Shown: piece after piece, positions 8,397-21,012 of the stretch
Position numbering within the stretch: the first letter of the stretch is position 1
Layout: the number at the start of each line of letters is the position of its first letter
Source of the DNA: a bacterium
Lineage (GTDB): Bacteria > Patescibacteriota > Microgenomatia > JAADGY01
Assembly: GCA_027028625.1 (NCBI GenBank)
Contig: JALVIH010000036.1
Coordinates: forward strand, 1-62,685
Direction of reading: 5' to 3'
Length of the DNA: 62,685 bases
Notes under the pieces: generated by a model
The model's database searches: none
The model's input: the letters and a program-made list of their open reading frames with translations, nothing else
Told to the model about the DNA's origin: nothing
Position numbers and translations under genes: made by a program

Positions 8397-9602
8397 TTAA
8401 AACTGACTTGTCAAGTTGTAAATTGGGGTAATTATCGAAAAGACTAAGAAGCCAACCCCTAAACTAAGGATAATGATGATAATTGGTTCGATGCTAGTAG
8501 TTAGGTTCTTGACCTTTTGGGAAGCCTCAACCTCAAAGTAGTGGGCTAATTTATAGAGCACTTTATCCAGCTCTCCTGTTTGTTCTCCTATACTAACCAT
8601 TTGAGAAAGAATTCGAGGAAAAACGTCGCTTATCTCCATCGCCGTTGACATCGGAATACCTTTTTCCACTTGGCTCATAACCGCCTTTACTTCCTCACTA
8701 TAGTACTTATTCCCAGTTGTCTCAGCACTGATATCTAAGGCAGTAATTAAGGGCACTCCCGCCTCCAATAACATAGAGAGAGTATAACTAAAATTAGTCC
8801 AGATTACCTCCTGTTGCAAACTTCCCCAAACTGGCAGCTCAACTATCATTTTGTCCCACAAATAGCTTCCCCAAGGAGTCCTTCTCACCCACTGAATAAG
8901 ATTAATTAAGCCAATCAAACCAATGAGAAACAACCACCAGAAATGGACCATAAAATCAGAAAAAGTAATCAGGATACGGGTAGAAAGAGGTAGTTGGGTA
9001 TGAAAACTCTGATAAAGCACATTGAGCTTCGGAATAACCACCACCATCATTACTGCTGCCACTAAGACCATAGCAATAATGACAATTGCCGGGTAAATTA
9101 AAGCGCCTTTGACCTTGCTCATAAAGTCACGGTTCTTCTCCAGATTATCAGCCAGACGTTCCAGTACTTTATCTAAGGCCCCCGCCGCTTCTCCTGAACG
9201 AACGAGAGAAATATAAACCCGACTAAAGATACTTGGATAATGGGAAAGAGCTGATCCTAAAGATGACCCTTCTCGGATGTCTACTAGAATTTGCTCCAAA
9301 ACTTTTTTCATTGGACCGCTGGCTTGGGAAGCAAGAATTTCTAGGGCATTGGTTAGAGGCAGACCAGCATTGAGCATAGTTGAGAGCTGGCGGGTAAAGT
9401 TAGTCAACTCATTCTGACTAACCTTTCTATGCAATCCCAATCGGCTAAAAAGGTTCGTTTTCTTTTCCTTTTCCGACAGCTTGATAATGTGGTAACCTCG
9501 TTTGAGAAGAAGGTTCTTAGCCCCTTCAAGAGAAATAGCTTCAATAACCCCCTTTACTTTTTGTCCCTCATCACTTCTGGCTACAAAAGCAAATTTCTTC
9601 AT
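8397..9602 (-). CDS. pilC: type IV pilus assembly platform protein PilC (GspF family)
   Basis: 401 aa with a duplicated GspF-type domain and three TM segments; it follows pilT and pilB. Confidence 0.9.
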   Translation of the reverse strand: MKKFAFVARSDEGQKVKGVIEAISLEGAKNLLLKRGYHIIKLSEKEKKTNLFSRLGLHRKVSQNELTNFTRQLSTMLNAGLPLTNALEILASQASGPMKKVLEQILVDIREGSSLGSALSHYPSIFSRVYISLVRSGEAAGALDKVLERLADNLEKNRDFMSKVKGALIYPAIVIIAMVLVAAVMMVVVIPKLNVLYQSFHTQLPLSTRILITFSDFMVHFWWLFLIGLIGLINLIQWVRRTPWGSYLWDKMIVELPVWGSLQQEVIWTNFSYTLSMLLEAGVPLITALDISAETTGNKYYSEEVKAVMSQVEKGIPMSTAMEISDVFPRILSQMVSIGEQTGELDKVLYKLAHYFEVEASQKVKNLTTSIEPIIIIILSLGVGFLVFSIITPIYNLTSQF

Positions 9603-9609
9603 CCTTCTT

Positions 9610-10662
9610 TTAGAGTAACTTTTCTAGATTCTCCGGCTTTAGGGCATAAGACAGAGCCACTTCTCTATCAACAGCCCCTGACTTAACTAGGGAGGCCAAG
9701 GACATTTCCAAACTCATCATTCCTTCTTGCACCGAAGTACTAATAATGTTATCCAACATTGTTACTTTTCCTTCCCGAACAGTATTTCTGACAGCAGGGT
9801 TGGCAATTAAAATCTCCGTTGCTGGTAAGCGGCCACCTTGGGTAGCCGGAACTAAACGTTGGGAGATCACCATTTCCAAAGTAGTAGAAAGCTGCAACTT
9901 CACTTGATCCTGTTGTTCTTCAGGAAAAACATCGACAATTCGATTAACTGTCTGGGCGGCAGAGTTAGTGTGTAAAGTAGCTAAAACCAGGTGGCCTGTC
10001 TCAGCGATAGTCAAGGCAGCAGCAATTGTTTCATAATCCCTCATTTCTCCAATAAGAACGATGTCTGGATCTTCTCTAAGGGCGCTTCGCAGAGCCGCTG
10101 ACCAAGAAAGGGTATCGTTATACATCTCTCGCTGAGAAATAATGGAAATGTCAGAATAATAAACATACTCTATTGGATCCTCAATGGTAATGACATGAAC
10201 CGGCCGGGTTTTGATTATTTGATCAATAACTGAGGCAAGAGTTGTTGACTTACCATGGCCAGTTGGGCCAGTCACCAAAACCAAACCCTGGCGAAGATCA
10301 AAGATCCGCCGCAGCACTGGAGGTAGATGTAATTCAGTCAAGGTGGGAATCTTACTAGGAATTGCCCGAGCAGCCAGGGCCGGCTGGCCTTGTTGATAGT
10401 AAATATTAACCCGAAAACGGACCTTGTTAAGATAAGAAAAAGAAAAATCCAGCTCTTTTTTCTTCTCAAAAATCTTCTCTTGTTCTGAAGTAGTAACTGC
10501 CTTTATGCATTCTTCTACCTCTCCTTTAGTTAACGCTTGGGAATATTTCTTAAAAAAACTGAGTTGGCCATCTATCCGCCACATTGGTGGCTTACCTACT
10601 AAAAGATGAAGATCACTAGCTTGATGTTGAAGAGTTTCTTCTAAAAGTGCTTTTAGTTCCAT
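9610..10662 (-). CDS. pilT: twitching-motility retraction ATPase PilT
   Basis: 350 aa. Walker A GPTGHGKST, and an AIRAALRHDPD-like SALREDPDIVLIGEMRD box; size is typical of PilT. Confidence 0.9.
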   Translation of the reverse strand: MELKALLEETLQHQASDLHLLVGKPPMWRIDGQLSFFKKYSQALTKGEVEECIKAVTTSEQEKIFEKKKELDFSFSYLNKVRFRVNIYYQQGQPALAARAIPSKIPTLTELHLPPVLRRIFDLRQGLVLVTGPTGHGKSTTLASVIDQIIKTRPVHVITIEDPIEYVYYSDISIISQREMYNDTLSWSAALRSALREDPDIVLIGEMRDYETIAAALTIAETGHLVLATLHTNSAAQTVNRIVDVFPEEQQDQVKLQLSTTLEMVISQRLVPATQGGRLPATEILIANPAVRNTVREGKVTMLDNIISTSVQEGMMSLEMSLASLVKSGAVDREVALSYALKPENLEKLL

Positions 10663-10674
10663 TTTTTCCTTTTC

Positions 10675-12459
10675 TTAACTTTCTAATGTATCTGATTGGG
10701 ATATCTGGGCTACTCTGAGTACCTCTTCGATAGAGGTTATTCCTTGTAAAGCCTTAAGATAACCATCTTGTTTCATTAAGATCATTCCCTCTTTTAAGGC
10801 AGCTTCTTCTATCTCCCCTGAAGAGGCTCTTTTTAAGATTAGCTTAGTAATAGTTTCAGTAACATAAAGAACCTCAAATATGCCAATTCTTCCCATATAG
10901 CCGGTGTTGTTGCATTTAGAACAACCTTGAGGCTCCCAAACCTTAATCTTATCCTCAGAAGGATATATAGACTTATACATATCTCCTAATACATTAATAA
11001 TATCTTTTTTGACTTCTGGGGAAGGATTGTCTATTTCTTTTTTACAGTGGTTACACAATCTCCGAACTACCCGCTGGCCAACTACACAAGTCATTGAGGA
11101 AGCTAACAAAAAGGGTTCCGCTCCCATATCTAACAAACGAGGGAGGGCTCCAGCCGCTGAGTTAGTATGTAAAGTTGAGAAAACCAGGTGGCCTGTCAAG
11201 GCAGCTTGAATGGCTAGCTCAGTAGTCTCCCGATCACGAATCTCTCCAACGAGAATAATATCCGGGTCTTGACGGAGGAAGGAACGCAAAGCAGTGGCAA
11301 AGGTAAGACCAGCTTGAGGATTCACCTGAACCTGAGTTACTCCAGGAATCTCATACTCAACCGGGTCCTCAACTGTCATTATATTTACTTTTGGAGAGTT
11401 AATCTTGGAGATTATTGAGTAAAGGGTGGTTGTTTTACCTGAACCAGTTGGACCAGTAATTAGAATAATTCCATGAGGAACCTGAATAGCCTTTTCCAAA
11501 CGCTTGAGACCAATCCCGCTTAGGCCCAGCTGGGGGAGGGTAGGGGCAGCTGTCGATTTATCCAGCAACCGCATTACTATCTTTTCCCCATGGATAGTAG
11601 GAAGACAAGAAACACGGAGATCAATCTCTTTGTCTCCTCGGCGATAAGTAAATCGCCCATCTTGAGGCACCCGCTTTTCATCTATCTTCATATCAGACAG
11701 AATCTTGATGCGCGAAACCAAAGCATCATGAAGACTTTTAGGAAAAACTGTCTTTTCCCTCAAAATTCCATCAATTCGGTACCTAACCCTTGTTTTATCC
11801 TCCAACGGCTCGATGTGAATATCTGAAGCCCGACTGTTAATAGCCAGATCGATTATCGAGTTGATAATGTTAGCAATGGGCATATCCTTAATAAAGGTTG
11901 TCTTCCCGTTCTTATTCTTAATAGTTACTTCACTTTGAGTCTTCTTCTGATTAATAGACTTTACCTCAGCTAAAACCTTACTGACATCTCCAAGCATCTC
12001 CTGAGTGTAGTTATTAGAGATAGCTAGATCTATTTGTTGGAGAGGGGCAAAGTAGGGCTTAATCTTGACATTTAATTTCCGAGAGAGGAAGTTTATCAAA
12101 TCCAGATCTAAGGGGTCAGCCATTGCCAAAGAAAGAGTGTTGTTTTTCTCATCATAATCAAAAGCAACAACATGGTAGTGGCTAGCCAAATCCCCCGACA
12201 ACTTCTTAACTGCCTCATAGTTGAAAGCAACATTGTTCAGATCAACTTTGGGAATGTTGAAAAGCTCGGCCTTGGCTTCAGCTATATCTTCTGGAGTAAC
12301 CAGATTAGTCTGCTCCTTCAGATAATCTTCAACCGTTATCCCCTTCAGAGCAGCTTCCATTTCTATCTTTTTCGCCTCTTCTGGCTGTATCTTCCCCTTG
12401 GCCACTAAGATGCTCAGGAGAGTTTTTGGTTGCTGCTGTTTCTTCTCATCCTTTCCCAT
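10675..12459 (-). CDS. pilB: type IV pilus assembly ATPase PilB (GspE family)
   Basis: Walker A GPTGSGKTT, RSFLRQDPDIILVGEIRD, and a tetra-Cys motif CNHC...CSKC. 594 aa. Confidence 0.9.
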   Translation of the reverse strand: MGKDEKKQQQPKTLLSILVAKGKIQPEEAKKIEMEAALKGITVEDYLKEQTNLVTPEDIAEAKAELFNIPKVDLNNVAFNYEAVKKLSGDLASHYHVVAFDYDEKNNTLSLAMADPLDLDLINFLSRKLNVKIKPYFAPLQQIDLAISNNYTQEMLGDVSKVLAEVKSINQKKTQSEVTIKNKNGKTTFIKDMPIANIINSIIDLAINSRASDIHIEPLEDKTRVRYRIDGILREKTVFPKSLHDALVSRIKILSDMKIDEKRVPQDGRFTYRRGDKEIDLRVSCLPTIHGEKIVMRLLDKSTAAPTLPQLGLSGIGLKRLEKAIQVPHGIILITGPTGSGKTTTLYSIISKINSPKVNIMTVEDPVEYEIPGVTQVQVNPQAGLTFATALRSFLRQDPDIILVGEIRDRETTELAIQAALTGHLVFSTLHTNSAAGALPRLLDMGAEPFLLASSMTCVVGQRVVRRLCNHCKKEIDNPSPEVKKDIINVLGDMYKSIYPSEDKIKVWEPQGCSKCNNTGYMGRIGIFEVLYVTETITKLILKRASSGEIEEAALKEGMILMKQDGYLKALQGITSIEEVLRVAQISQSDTLES

Positions 12460-12465
12460 ATTTCA

Positions 12466-12495
12466 ATAATAAAGAAAGTGAGAGACAAAAGTCAA
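12466..12495 (-). promoter_or_regulatory. sigma70-type promoter abutting the pilB ATG (TTGACT-18-TATTAT-6-ATG)
   Basis: On the minus strand, -35 TTGACT is at 12490-12495 and -10 TATTAT is at 12466-12471. The ATG is at 12459, 6 nt downstream. Confidence 0.5.
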
Positions 12496-12545
12496 CATTA
12501 AGAATAACAAATAGAGATAAGAAAAATGTATGGTATTATAAGGTA

Positions 12546-12623
12546 ATGAAAAAGGCGGCCAAAGTTTTTGGCTTTATAGCTGTAATTTTGGTAATTCTTG
12601 CTGTTATTGGTTTTTTTTGTTAA
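12546..12623 (+). CDS. 25-aa signal-anchor fragment (MKKAAKVFGFIAVILVILAVIGFFC), probably the true N-terminus of the next ORF
   Basis: The ATG is preceded by TGgTATTAT (12532-12540) 5 nt upstream. The frame ends just after a T8 run (12611-12618), and the downstream ORF continues in the +1 frame. Confidence 0.5.
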   Translation: MKKAAKVFGFIAVILVILAVIGFFC

Positions 12624-14019
12624 TAAAACCCTCACTAAAATCATTAATGCTCAGCTGAATGCCATCAAGGCCGGAAAGTTAGAGGAAGCATATTATGCCT
12701 ACACCTCTAGTCAGTTTCAAAAAAACGTTAGTTTAGAAGAATTTAAACATTTTGTTCAACAGTACCCCGCTTTAAGCAAGAATAAAAAAGCCCACTTTAC
12801 CAGTTGGAAAATCGAAAACAACCGGGGCTATGTTAAAGGAACTCTAACAGGAGAAGATGGCTCTACTTTACCAATAGAATATCGAATGGTAAAAGAAAGT
12901 GGCCAGTGGAAAATTTTGTCAATCAAAACTGAAGAGGGCGGAATTGTTAGTAGTAGAAAAAGCGAAGGCAAAAAAGGATCAACAATAGGAGACTGGAAGA
13001 CTTTTTCCGATCCTTCTTTAGGCTACCGCATCCAATATCCTGCTGACTGGATATGGAAAAAAGATTCTGAAACAACAATAATCTTTAGCGGCGAAGAGGG
13101 CACAGATGCATATTATTCAACTGTGACAATTCAAAATTTGGCTTCAACCAAGATGGGTGGAGTTTATCAATCGGTTGACGAAGTCGTCAAAAGAATTCAA
13201 GACCAACTTTCTCAAGCAGAAAACTCAACTGTCACTTCATCAGAAAAGATAGATTTTCAAGCAGAAGGAGGGGAAACAGTTGAAGGAAAAATGTTTTTGA
13301 CTCAATATAAAATGCAAGGCGAAGATTTTAAACAATTGGTTATTGTTGTCCCAAGAGCAGACGGAAAAATATTTTATACCTTCACTTATACTTCTCCAGT
13401 TGACCAATACGATAAGTTTTACAAAAATGCCGATGCGATGTTTAAAACTTGGGAAATTTTGCCTGCAAATGCAGGCGGTACAGAAGAGAAGAGCAAAACT
13501 TCAAATGCAGATAGCAGCTTGCCTGTTGAGTTAAGCCTCGTTAAAAAGCAAGATGTGATAGATGATTACGATAAACCTTATTCTGTAACTCTCAAACTTA
13601 CAAATAAAGGAAGTGAGACAATTAATGCTCAAAGATTTTTGCCCTTTGATAAAAGCTGGAATAAAGATGATATTTACTTTTTTAGCTTTTGTTGTCAAAG
13701 ACCCAATGGCGAGTCTTCTTGCTGGACTACAGCTGATCGTGGAGCCAAGTGCTCCGCAACAAGAGGCTATAACGCAGCCAAATTTGATTCTTTCGAATCA
13801 ATCCCAACTGGAAAAGAAGGACAAGTTACCTTCCACTTTTGCGGCAGTGCTTTTTCTGAACTTTTGTTAAATCAAGGAAAAATAGTTCCAACCATTCAAC
13901 CACCAAAAACCCTTACTTGCCAAATCTCCCTTTATCATCGCGGAACATCTGCAGAAGGCGATAAACTCATAGGCCAAACCCAACCTTTTGGTTTAGATTT
14001 TGGGTTCAATTTAGATTAA
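12598..14019 (+). CDS. secreted/membrane-anchored protein with DUF4864-like N-domain and Cys-rich C-terminal domain
   Basis: 473-codon ORF. AIKAGKLEEAYYAYTSSQFQKNVSLEEFKHFVQQYPAL resembles DUF4864. As drawn it starts at TTG; see the frameshift finding. Confidence 0.7.
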   Translation: MLLLVFFVNKTLTKIINAQLNAIKAGKLEEAYYAYTSSQFQKNVSLEEFKHFVQQYPALSKNKKAHFTSWKIENNRGYVKGTLTGEDGSTLPIEYRMVKESGQWKILSIKTEEGGIVSSRKSEGKKGSTIGDWKTFSDPSLGYRIQYPADWIWKKDSETTIIFSGEEGTDAYYSTVTIQNLASTKMGGVYQSVDEVVKRIQDQLSQAENSTVTSSEKIDFQAEGGETVEGKMFLTQYKMQGEDFKQLVIVVPRADGKIFYTFTYTSPVDQYDKFYKNADAMFKTWEILPANAGGTEEKSKTSNADSSLPVELSLVKKQDVIDDYDKPYSVTLKLTNKGSETINAQRFLPFDKSWNKDDIYFFSFCCQRPNGESSCWTTADRGAKCSATRGYNAAKFDSFESIPTGKEGQVTFHFCGSAFSELLLNQGKIVPTIQPPKTLTCQISLYHRGTSAEGDKLIGQTQPFGLDFGFNLD

Positions 14020-14033
14020 GTTAAGAAAGGAAA

Positions 14034-14069
14034 AAGAATTGGGTGTTAAAAAGCACCATCTCAATTCTT
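14034..14069. terminator. hairpin between convergent genes (possible bidirectional terminator)
   Basis: aagaattg(ggtg ttaaaaag cacc)atctcaattctt has 8-bp outer and 4-bp inner stems. It lies between the 14019 stop and the holB stop at 14109. Confidence 0.4.
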
Positions 14070-14108
14070 AGAATTTCAACCCTTAGAAACGTTTTCTTGT
14101 TCTAAAGC

Positions 14109-14795
14109 CTAATAATTATCTTTAATTTCCTTGGCCTGCCAGAATAGATGGATGAGGAGATGTTTGAGGTTGAGGTTGTGATTTAACCCTTTAAGGGTAA
14201 AAGAGAATAATCCAAAGAGCTCACCCTGTTTAGGAAGATCCCTTTTCTCCAAAATTTCTCGCTGGCATTCTTGGAGAAAAAGTTTTACTTTTTCTCTATC
14301 TTGGAGAGCTAAGCGCTCGGCTACCAAGCGAAGCTGGGGGTAGGGGAGGGTTAAGTTTTTAGCTAACCAGCTCCAGCCTTTAGTTTGTTGAGGCACATCA
14401 TTTGACAAAGAAATAACTTCCACTCGGGAGATAATGGTTGGTAGGAGTTGGTCCGGGCTTTCTGCTTCTAAAATAATGTAGCGCTGGGGGAGTGGTTCTT
14501 CCAAAGTTTTAAGAAGAGTATTTTGGGCAGGAATACTTAACAACGGGGCTTGATAGATAAGCCAAACCTTAATTCCCCCCTGGTTGTGAGCTGACAGATT
14601 CAACCACTGAATTTGTTTCTTGATCATTGAGACGACACTTTCTTTCTTCTGTGATTCCTTTATCTCCTTTACTGACCAACTGACAACATCAGCTAACTCT
14701 ACATTAGAGGGGGCAAAGATTCTCTCAACTAACCTTTTTATTTCTTTCTGTCGGTTATCAAAGTTAGAACCAGTAACCAGAATAGCGGAAAGCAT
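14109..14795 (-). CDS. holB: DNA polymerase III delta-prime subunit (short form)
   Basis: IPAQNTLLKTLEEPLPQRYIILEAESPDQLLPTIISRVEVI, the sensor/SRC region typical of clamp-loader delta-prime. Confidence 0.75.
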   Translation of the reverse strand: MLSAILVTGSNFDNRQKEIKRLVERIFAPSNVELADVVSWSVKEIKESQKKESVVSMIKKQIQWLNLSAHNQGGIKVWLIYQAPLLSIPAQNTLLKTLEEPLPQRYIILEAESPDQLLPTIISRVEVISLSNDVPQQTKGWSWLAKNLTLPYPQLRLVAERLALQDREKVKLFLQECQREILEKRDLPKQGELFGLFSFTLKGLNHNLNLKHLLIHLFWQAKEIKDNY

Positions 14796-14806
14796 TCTCT
14801 TAACTT

Positions 14807-15037
14807 TTAAATCTTTTCACTCGACTCAACCTCAAGTTCTTCACTTATTTCTTCTATCTCCAACTTTACCTTCTTCAACTGTTCTTTCAATCGCTTAACA
14901 ATAGCCACTCCTTCCTTAAAAAGACTGATTGAACTTTCCAAGTCCTCTTGCTCTCCACTCAGTTGGGTAATTATCTCTTCTAAATGCTTAAAGTCTTGGC
15001 TGATAGAGGTCTTCTCTTCTTTTTTGCTTGCTTTCAT
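14807..15037 (-). CDS. xseB: exodeoxyribonuclease VII small subunit
   Basis: 76 aa. FKHLEEIITQLSGEQEDLESSISLFKEGVAIVKRL matches the XseB helical hairpin pattern. Confidence 0.8.
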   Translation of the reverse strand: MKASKKEEKTSISQDFKHLEEIITQLSGEQEDLESSISLFKEGVAIVKRLKEQLKKVKLEIEEISEELEVESSEKI

Positions 15038-15154
15038 CTTACTTTAATATTAGCACAACATTACCCTCTTCCTACGTGTTATAATCAAAAGGTATTTTAA
15101 GAGGTAGTAAGTTCAAAAGGAAAAAATTTCCGACTATAAAAAAGGTAGTCTTAA

Positions 15155-17119
<1,965 letters not shown>

Positions 17120-17171
17120 AAAGTTAGAAAGTTCATAAAGTTTATAAAGTTAAAAAGCAAAAGGAGGAAAA

Positions 17172-17693
17172 ATGTTACAAAAATTAACCACGGGCAAAAA
17201 CCCGCCTCAAGAAATTAATGTGGTTATCGAAATCCCAGCTGGATCGAATATTAAGTATGAAATAGATGAAGAGACTTTATGCCTTTTCGTTGACCGTTTC
17301 CTTTACACCTCAATGAGTTATCCTTTCAATTATGGCTTCATTCCCAAAACAGCCGGAGAGGACCACGACCCCTTGGATGTTATGGTCCTTTCATCTTTAC
17401 CAGTAGTTCCTCGGTCTGTCTTACGAGCCAAACCAGTGGGGATGCTCAAGATGAAGGACGAAGAAGGCATTGATACCAAGATCTTAGCCGTCCCAATTCC
17501 CAAGATAGATCCAGTTTACGGGGCTATCGAAAGTGTAGAAGAGGTAGCCGAGATAACCAAGCAAAAAATCGAGCATTTCTTTAAGCATTACAAAGAGTTG
17601 GAGAAAAACAAGTGGGTAGAAACAGCTGGCTGGGACTCTAAGGAGGCGGCTGAGGAGAAAATCCGCCAGGCTATCCAACGCTTCAATAAATAA
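17172..17693 (+). CDS. ppa: inorganic pyrophosphatase (family I)
   Basis: NVVIEIPAGSNIKYEID...YPFNYGFIP...DHDPLDVMVL. AAGGAGG Shine-Dalgarno upstream. Confidence 0.93.
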   Translation: MLQKLTTGKNPPQEINVVIEIPAGSNIKYEIDEETLCLFVDRFLYTSMSYPFNYGFIPKTAGEDHDPLDVMVLSSLPVVPRSVLRAKPVGMLKMKDEEGIDTKILAVPIPKIDPVYGAIESVEEVAEITKQKIEHFFKHYKELEKNKWVETAGWDSKEAAEEKIRQAIQRFNK

Positions 17694-17709
17694 CCAATAA
17701 GTAAAAAGT

Positions 17710-20322
17710 ATGGCTGAAAAAAAGAAACTTATCAGACTTGGCAAGGTCATTCCTCGGGAAATAACCGAGGAGATGAAGCAAGCATACCTTGATTATGCGA
17801 TGAGTGTCATTGTGGCTCGGGCCTTACCTGACGTCCGGGATGGCTTAAAACCTGTTCATCGGCGGATCCTTTACGCCATGAAGGAACTAGGGTTGTCTTA
17901 CAAATCAGCCTATAAAAAGTCGGCTCGTATCGTTGGTGAGGTCTTAGGTAAATATCATCCTCACGGTGATCAGTCAATCTATATGGCTCTGGTCCGTATG
18001 GCTCAAGACTTTTCGATGCGTTATCCCCTCGTTGACGGCCAAGGAAACTTCGGTTCCATCGATGGCGACAGCCCAGCAGCTATGCGATACACCGAGGCTC
18101 GTTTGGCTCGGATAGCTGAGGAAATGTTGGAGGACATTGATAAAGAAACTATCGACTTTATCGATAATTTTGACGCTTCCCATCAAGAACCAGTAGTTCT
18201 ACCCACCAAGATTCCTAACCTCCTCCTCAATGGCTCAGAAGGAATTGCCGTCGGGATGGCTACTAAGATTCCTCCCCACAACTTAACCGAGGTTGTCTCT
18301 GCTTTAGAACATATGGTTAATCAGAGCCAAATTATCGACCTTACACCAGAGGAAAAAAGGTTTAAGGGGGACCTAAAGGCTTATCTTGAGGACATCTCAG
18401 AAAAGGCTCGGGTAGATTATCACTACTTTATCCACCGCCAATTTCAATCAGAAGTCAGCCTAGAGGAGCTCTTGAAATTTATTAAAGGTCCTGACTTCCC
18501 CACAGGAGCCAACATTTATGACATAAACCAAATAAAGACGGCTTACGCTACTGGACGAGGACAGATTCCTATTCGAGCAACTACCGAAATTGAGACTGAG
18601 GGCAATAAAAGCCGAATTATCATCACCGAGATACCTTATCAAGTAAACAAATCTCAGCTCATCAAAAAAATTGCCCAACTTGTTAAGTCCAAAGTTATCG
18701 AAAATATTAGTGAGATCCGCGACGAATCTGATCGCCAAGGGATGCGTATAGTCATTGAGGTCAAGAAAAATGGCCGGCCGAAAGTCGTTCTCAATCGTCT
18801 CTTCAAGCATACTCAGTTGCAAACCAGCTTCCCGGTTAACTTGGTGGCCTTAGTTAATGGCGTCCCTCAAACCCTAACCTTAAAAGAAATTCTTCTTCAT
18901 TTTCTCAACCATCGGCTGGTTACTGTTAGTCGGCGCCAAGTTTATCTTCTCAACCAAAACAAGGCTCGAGCCCACATCTTAGCTGGCTTAAAGAAGGCTC
19001 TTGATAACTTAGATGCTGTTATCGAAACAATCAAGGCCTCGAAAACTGCAGAAACAGCTAAAACAAACTTAATGGAAAAGTTCTCTTTCTCAGCAACTCA
19101 GGCCCAAGCTATCCTAGATATGCAACTTCGCCGTCTAGCCGCCCTGGAAAGGCAAAAGATAGAGGATGAGTACAATCAAGTTTTAAAGGTAATAGAAGAG
19201 TTGAGCCTAAGCCTGATTAAGCCAGAAAAACTGACAGCTATTATTCAAAAGGAGCTTAAGGATATAAAAGCAAAATACGGCGATGACCGGCGGACCAAGG
19301 TCCATAAACAAAGTTTATCAAACCTCTCAGTTGAAGACCTTATTCCAAGTGAAGATAACATCATTACTATTACTAAAGACGGTTATGTTAAACGGCTACC
19401 TCTAGACACCTACCGTCTCCAGCGGCGAGGTGGCAAAGGAGTCTCCGGACTCCAACGGAAAAAGGAAGATGAGGTGGCCTTTATTATGGTAGCCAACACT
19501 CATGATAAGATTCTTTTCTTTACTAACAAAGGACGAGTCTTTTCCTTAGATTGCTGGCAGATACCCAAAACCAGCCGTCAAGCCAAAGGAATGGCTGTAA
19601 TCAACCTCATTAATATTCACCCCGACGAAAAAGTCCAGGCTGTTCTCCCCCTGGAAAAGGATAAACTATCAGGCTATATCGCTCTTATCACCAAGAAAGG
19701 AATTATCAAGAAAACCTCTCTAGATAAATTTAAAAACATTCGCTCTAACGGGATAATGGCTATAAAGTTAGACCAGGGGGATGAGCTAATCAACGCTCGT
19801 TTAACCAGTGGCGACGATGATATTATCGTTGTTAGCTTAAGAGGTAAAGCCATCCGTTTTAGCGAGAAAGATGTCAAAGCTACCGGCCGAGCCAGCCGAG
19901 GAGTAAAAGCCATCCACCTCAAACCAAATGATGAGGTTACTGTTTTTGAGGTTTTCTCTCCTCTTTACAGTCGGCCGAAGGACAAACGGCGAAAGTTTTT
20001 CCGAGATATCCTAGTTGTCTCTCAAAATGGTCTAGGCAAGCGGACGCCTTTAGAGTATTTCCACAACCAAAAGCGGGGTGGGGTAGGGGTAAAGATAATG
20101 AAGATCAATCAAAAAACTGGGCTAGTGGCTAAAGCTAGAATTGTAACTGAAAAGGATGACTACCTAATAATTACCTCTAAAAAGGGCCAGATAATTAAAC
20201 TTCCTCTAAAAAACATCCCCCAACTTAAGAGAGATGCTCAAGGAGTTATCTTAATGCGTTTCTCAGACAAAGAGGATAAAATTGCCAACATCGCCGTCGT
20301 TCAGAAAGAAGAAAACTCTTAA
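17710..20322 (+). CDS. gyrA: DNA gyrase subunit A
   Basis: [32 protein letters not shown] (active-site Tyr) and a C-terminal beta-pinwheel. 870 aa. Confidence 0.97.
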   Translation: MAEKKKLIRLGKVIPREITEEMKQAYLDYAMSVIVARALPDVRDGLKPVHRRILYAMKELGLSYKSAYKKSARIVGEVLGKYHPHGDQSIYMALVRMAQDFSMRYPLVDGQGNFGSIDGDSPAAMRYTEARLARIAEEMLEDIDKETIDFIDNFDASHQEPVVLPTKIPNLLLNGSEGIAVGMATKIPPHNLTEVVSALEHMVNQSQIIDLTPEEKRFKGDLKAYLEDISEKARVDYHYFIHRQFQSEVSLEELLKFIKGPDFPTGANIYDINQIKTAYATGRGQIPIRATTEIETEGNKSRIIITEIPYQVNKSQLIKKIAQLVKSKVIENISEIRDESDRQGMRIVIEVKKNGRPKVVLNRLFKHTQLQTSFPVNLVALVNGVPQTLTLKEILLHFLNHRLVTVSRRQVYLLNQNKARAHILAGLKKALDNLDAVIETIKASKTAETAKTNLMEKFSFSATQAQAILDMQLRRLAALERQKIEDEYNQVLKVIEELSLSLIKPEKLTAIIQKELKDIKAKYGDDRRTKVHKQSLSNLSVEDLIPSEDNIITITKDGYVKRLPLDTYRLQRRGGKGVSGLQRKKEDEVAFIMVANTHDKILFFTNKGRVFSLDCWQIPKTSRQAKGMAVINLINIHPDEKVQAVLPLEKDKLSGYIALITKKGIIKKTSLDKFKNIRSNGIMAIKLDQGDELINARLTSGDDDIIVVSLRGKAIRFSEKDVKATGRASRGVKAIHLKPNDEVTVFEVFSPLYSRPKDKRRKFFRDILVVSQNGLGKRTPLEYFHNQKRGGVGVKIMKINQKTGLVAKARIVTEKDDYLIITSKKGQIIKLPLKNIPQLKRDAQGVILMRFSDKEDKIANIAVVQKEENS

Positions 20323-20424
20323 TATCCATCTCCTTTTTCCCGAGGTTGACAGAGATATTCAACCTCCGAGGTTGGTTTTCTCCATTAACCTCGGGAGAGC
20401 GGGGATCTGTTATTATAATCTTGT

Positions 20425-21012
20425 ATGCTTGATTTAAGTTACTTAATTCCCTCAGCCATTGCTGTTGGTTCAACTAATCCAGTCAAGATTAATGCTGTCA
20501 AAACAATCCTGGACAAACTAACTCCTAATCAAATTACTATCCTATCCACCGAGGTAGAGTCGGATGTTTCCCATCAACCTCGATCAGATAAAGAAACCCG
20601 CCAAGGAGCTATCAACCGAGCTCTTAAGGCTCTGGAACATATCCCTAGAGCTGAATGGGGGATAGGCCTAGAGGGCGGAGTTAGAGACATTAAATACAAC
20701 TATCAAGGTAAGGAAAAAGAAGAACTAATCGAAGTAGCTTGGTGTGCTATAACCGACAGGCAGGGTAACCTTGCTCTCGGCGGCGGGGCAGAATTTCAAC
20801 TACCGAAATTAATTCGTCAAAAATTAAAAGCCGGTGGCGAGCTTGGGCCCATTATGGATGAACTTCTTAACGACCACGATGTCAAGAAAAAGGAAGGGGC
20901 CATTGGCACCCTCTCAGCTAACCTTCTGACTCGCCAGGGCATCTACGAACAGTTAGTCAAGTTAGCTCTGACTAAATTCATCAGCCTAACTAAACAGCCT
21001 CAGTGGTGGTGA
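20425..21012 (+). CDS. inosine/xanthosine triphosphatase-like NTPase (DUF84/YjjX family)
   Basis: N-terminal IAVGSTNPVKINAVK with acidic/His motifs typical of YjjX. TATAAT at 20414-20419 lies 5 nt before the ATG. Confidence 0.65.
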   Translation: MLDLSYLIPSAIAVGSTNPVKINAVKTILDKLTPNQITILSTEVESDVSHQPRSDKETRQGAINRALKALEHIPRAEWGIGLEGGVRDIKYNYQGKEKEELIEVAWCAITDRQGNLALGGGAEFQLPKLIRQKLKAGGELGPIMDELLNDHDVKKKEGAIGTLSANLLTRQGIYEQLVKLALTKFISLTKQPQWW

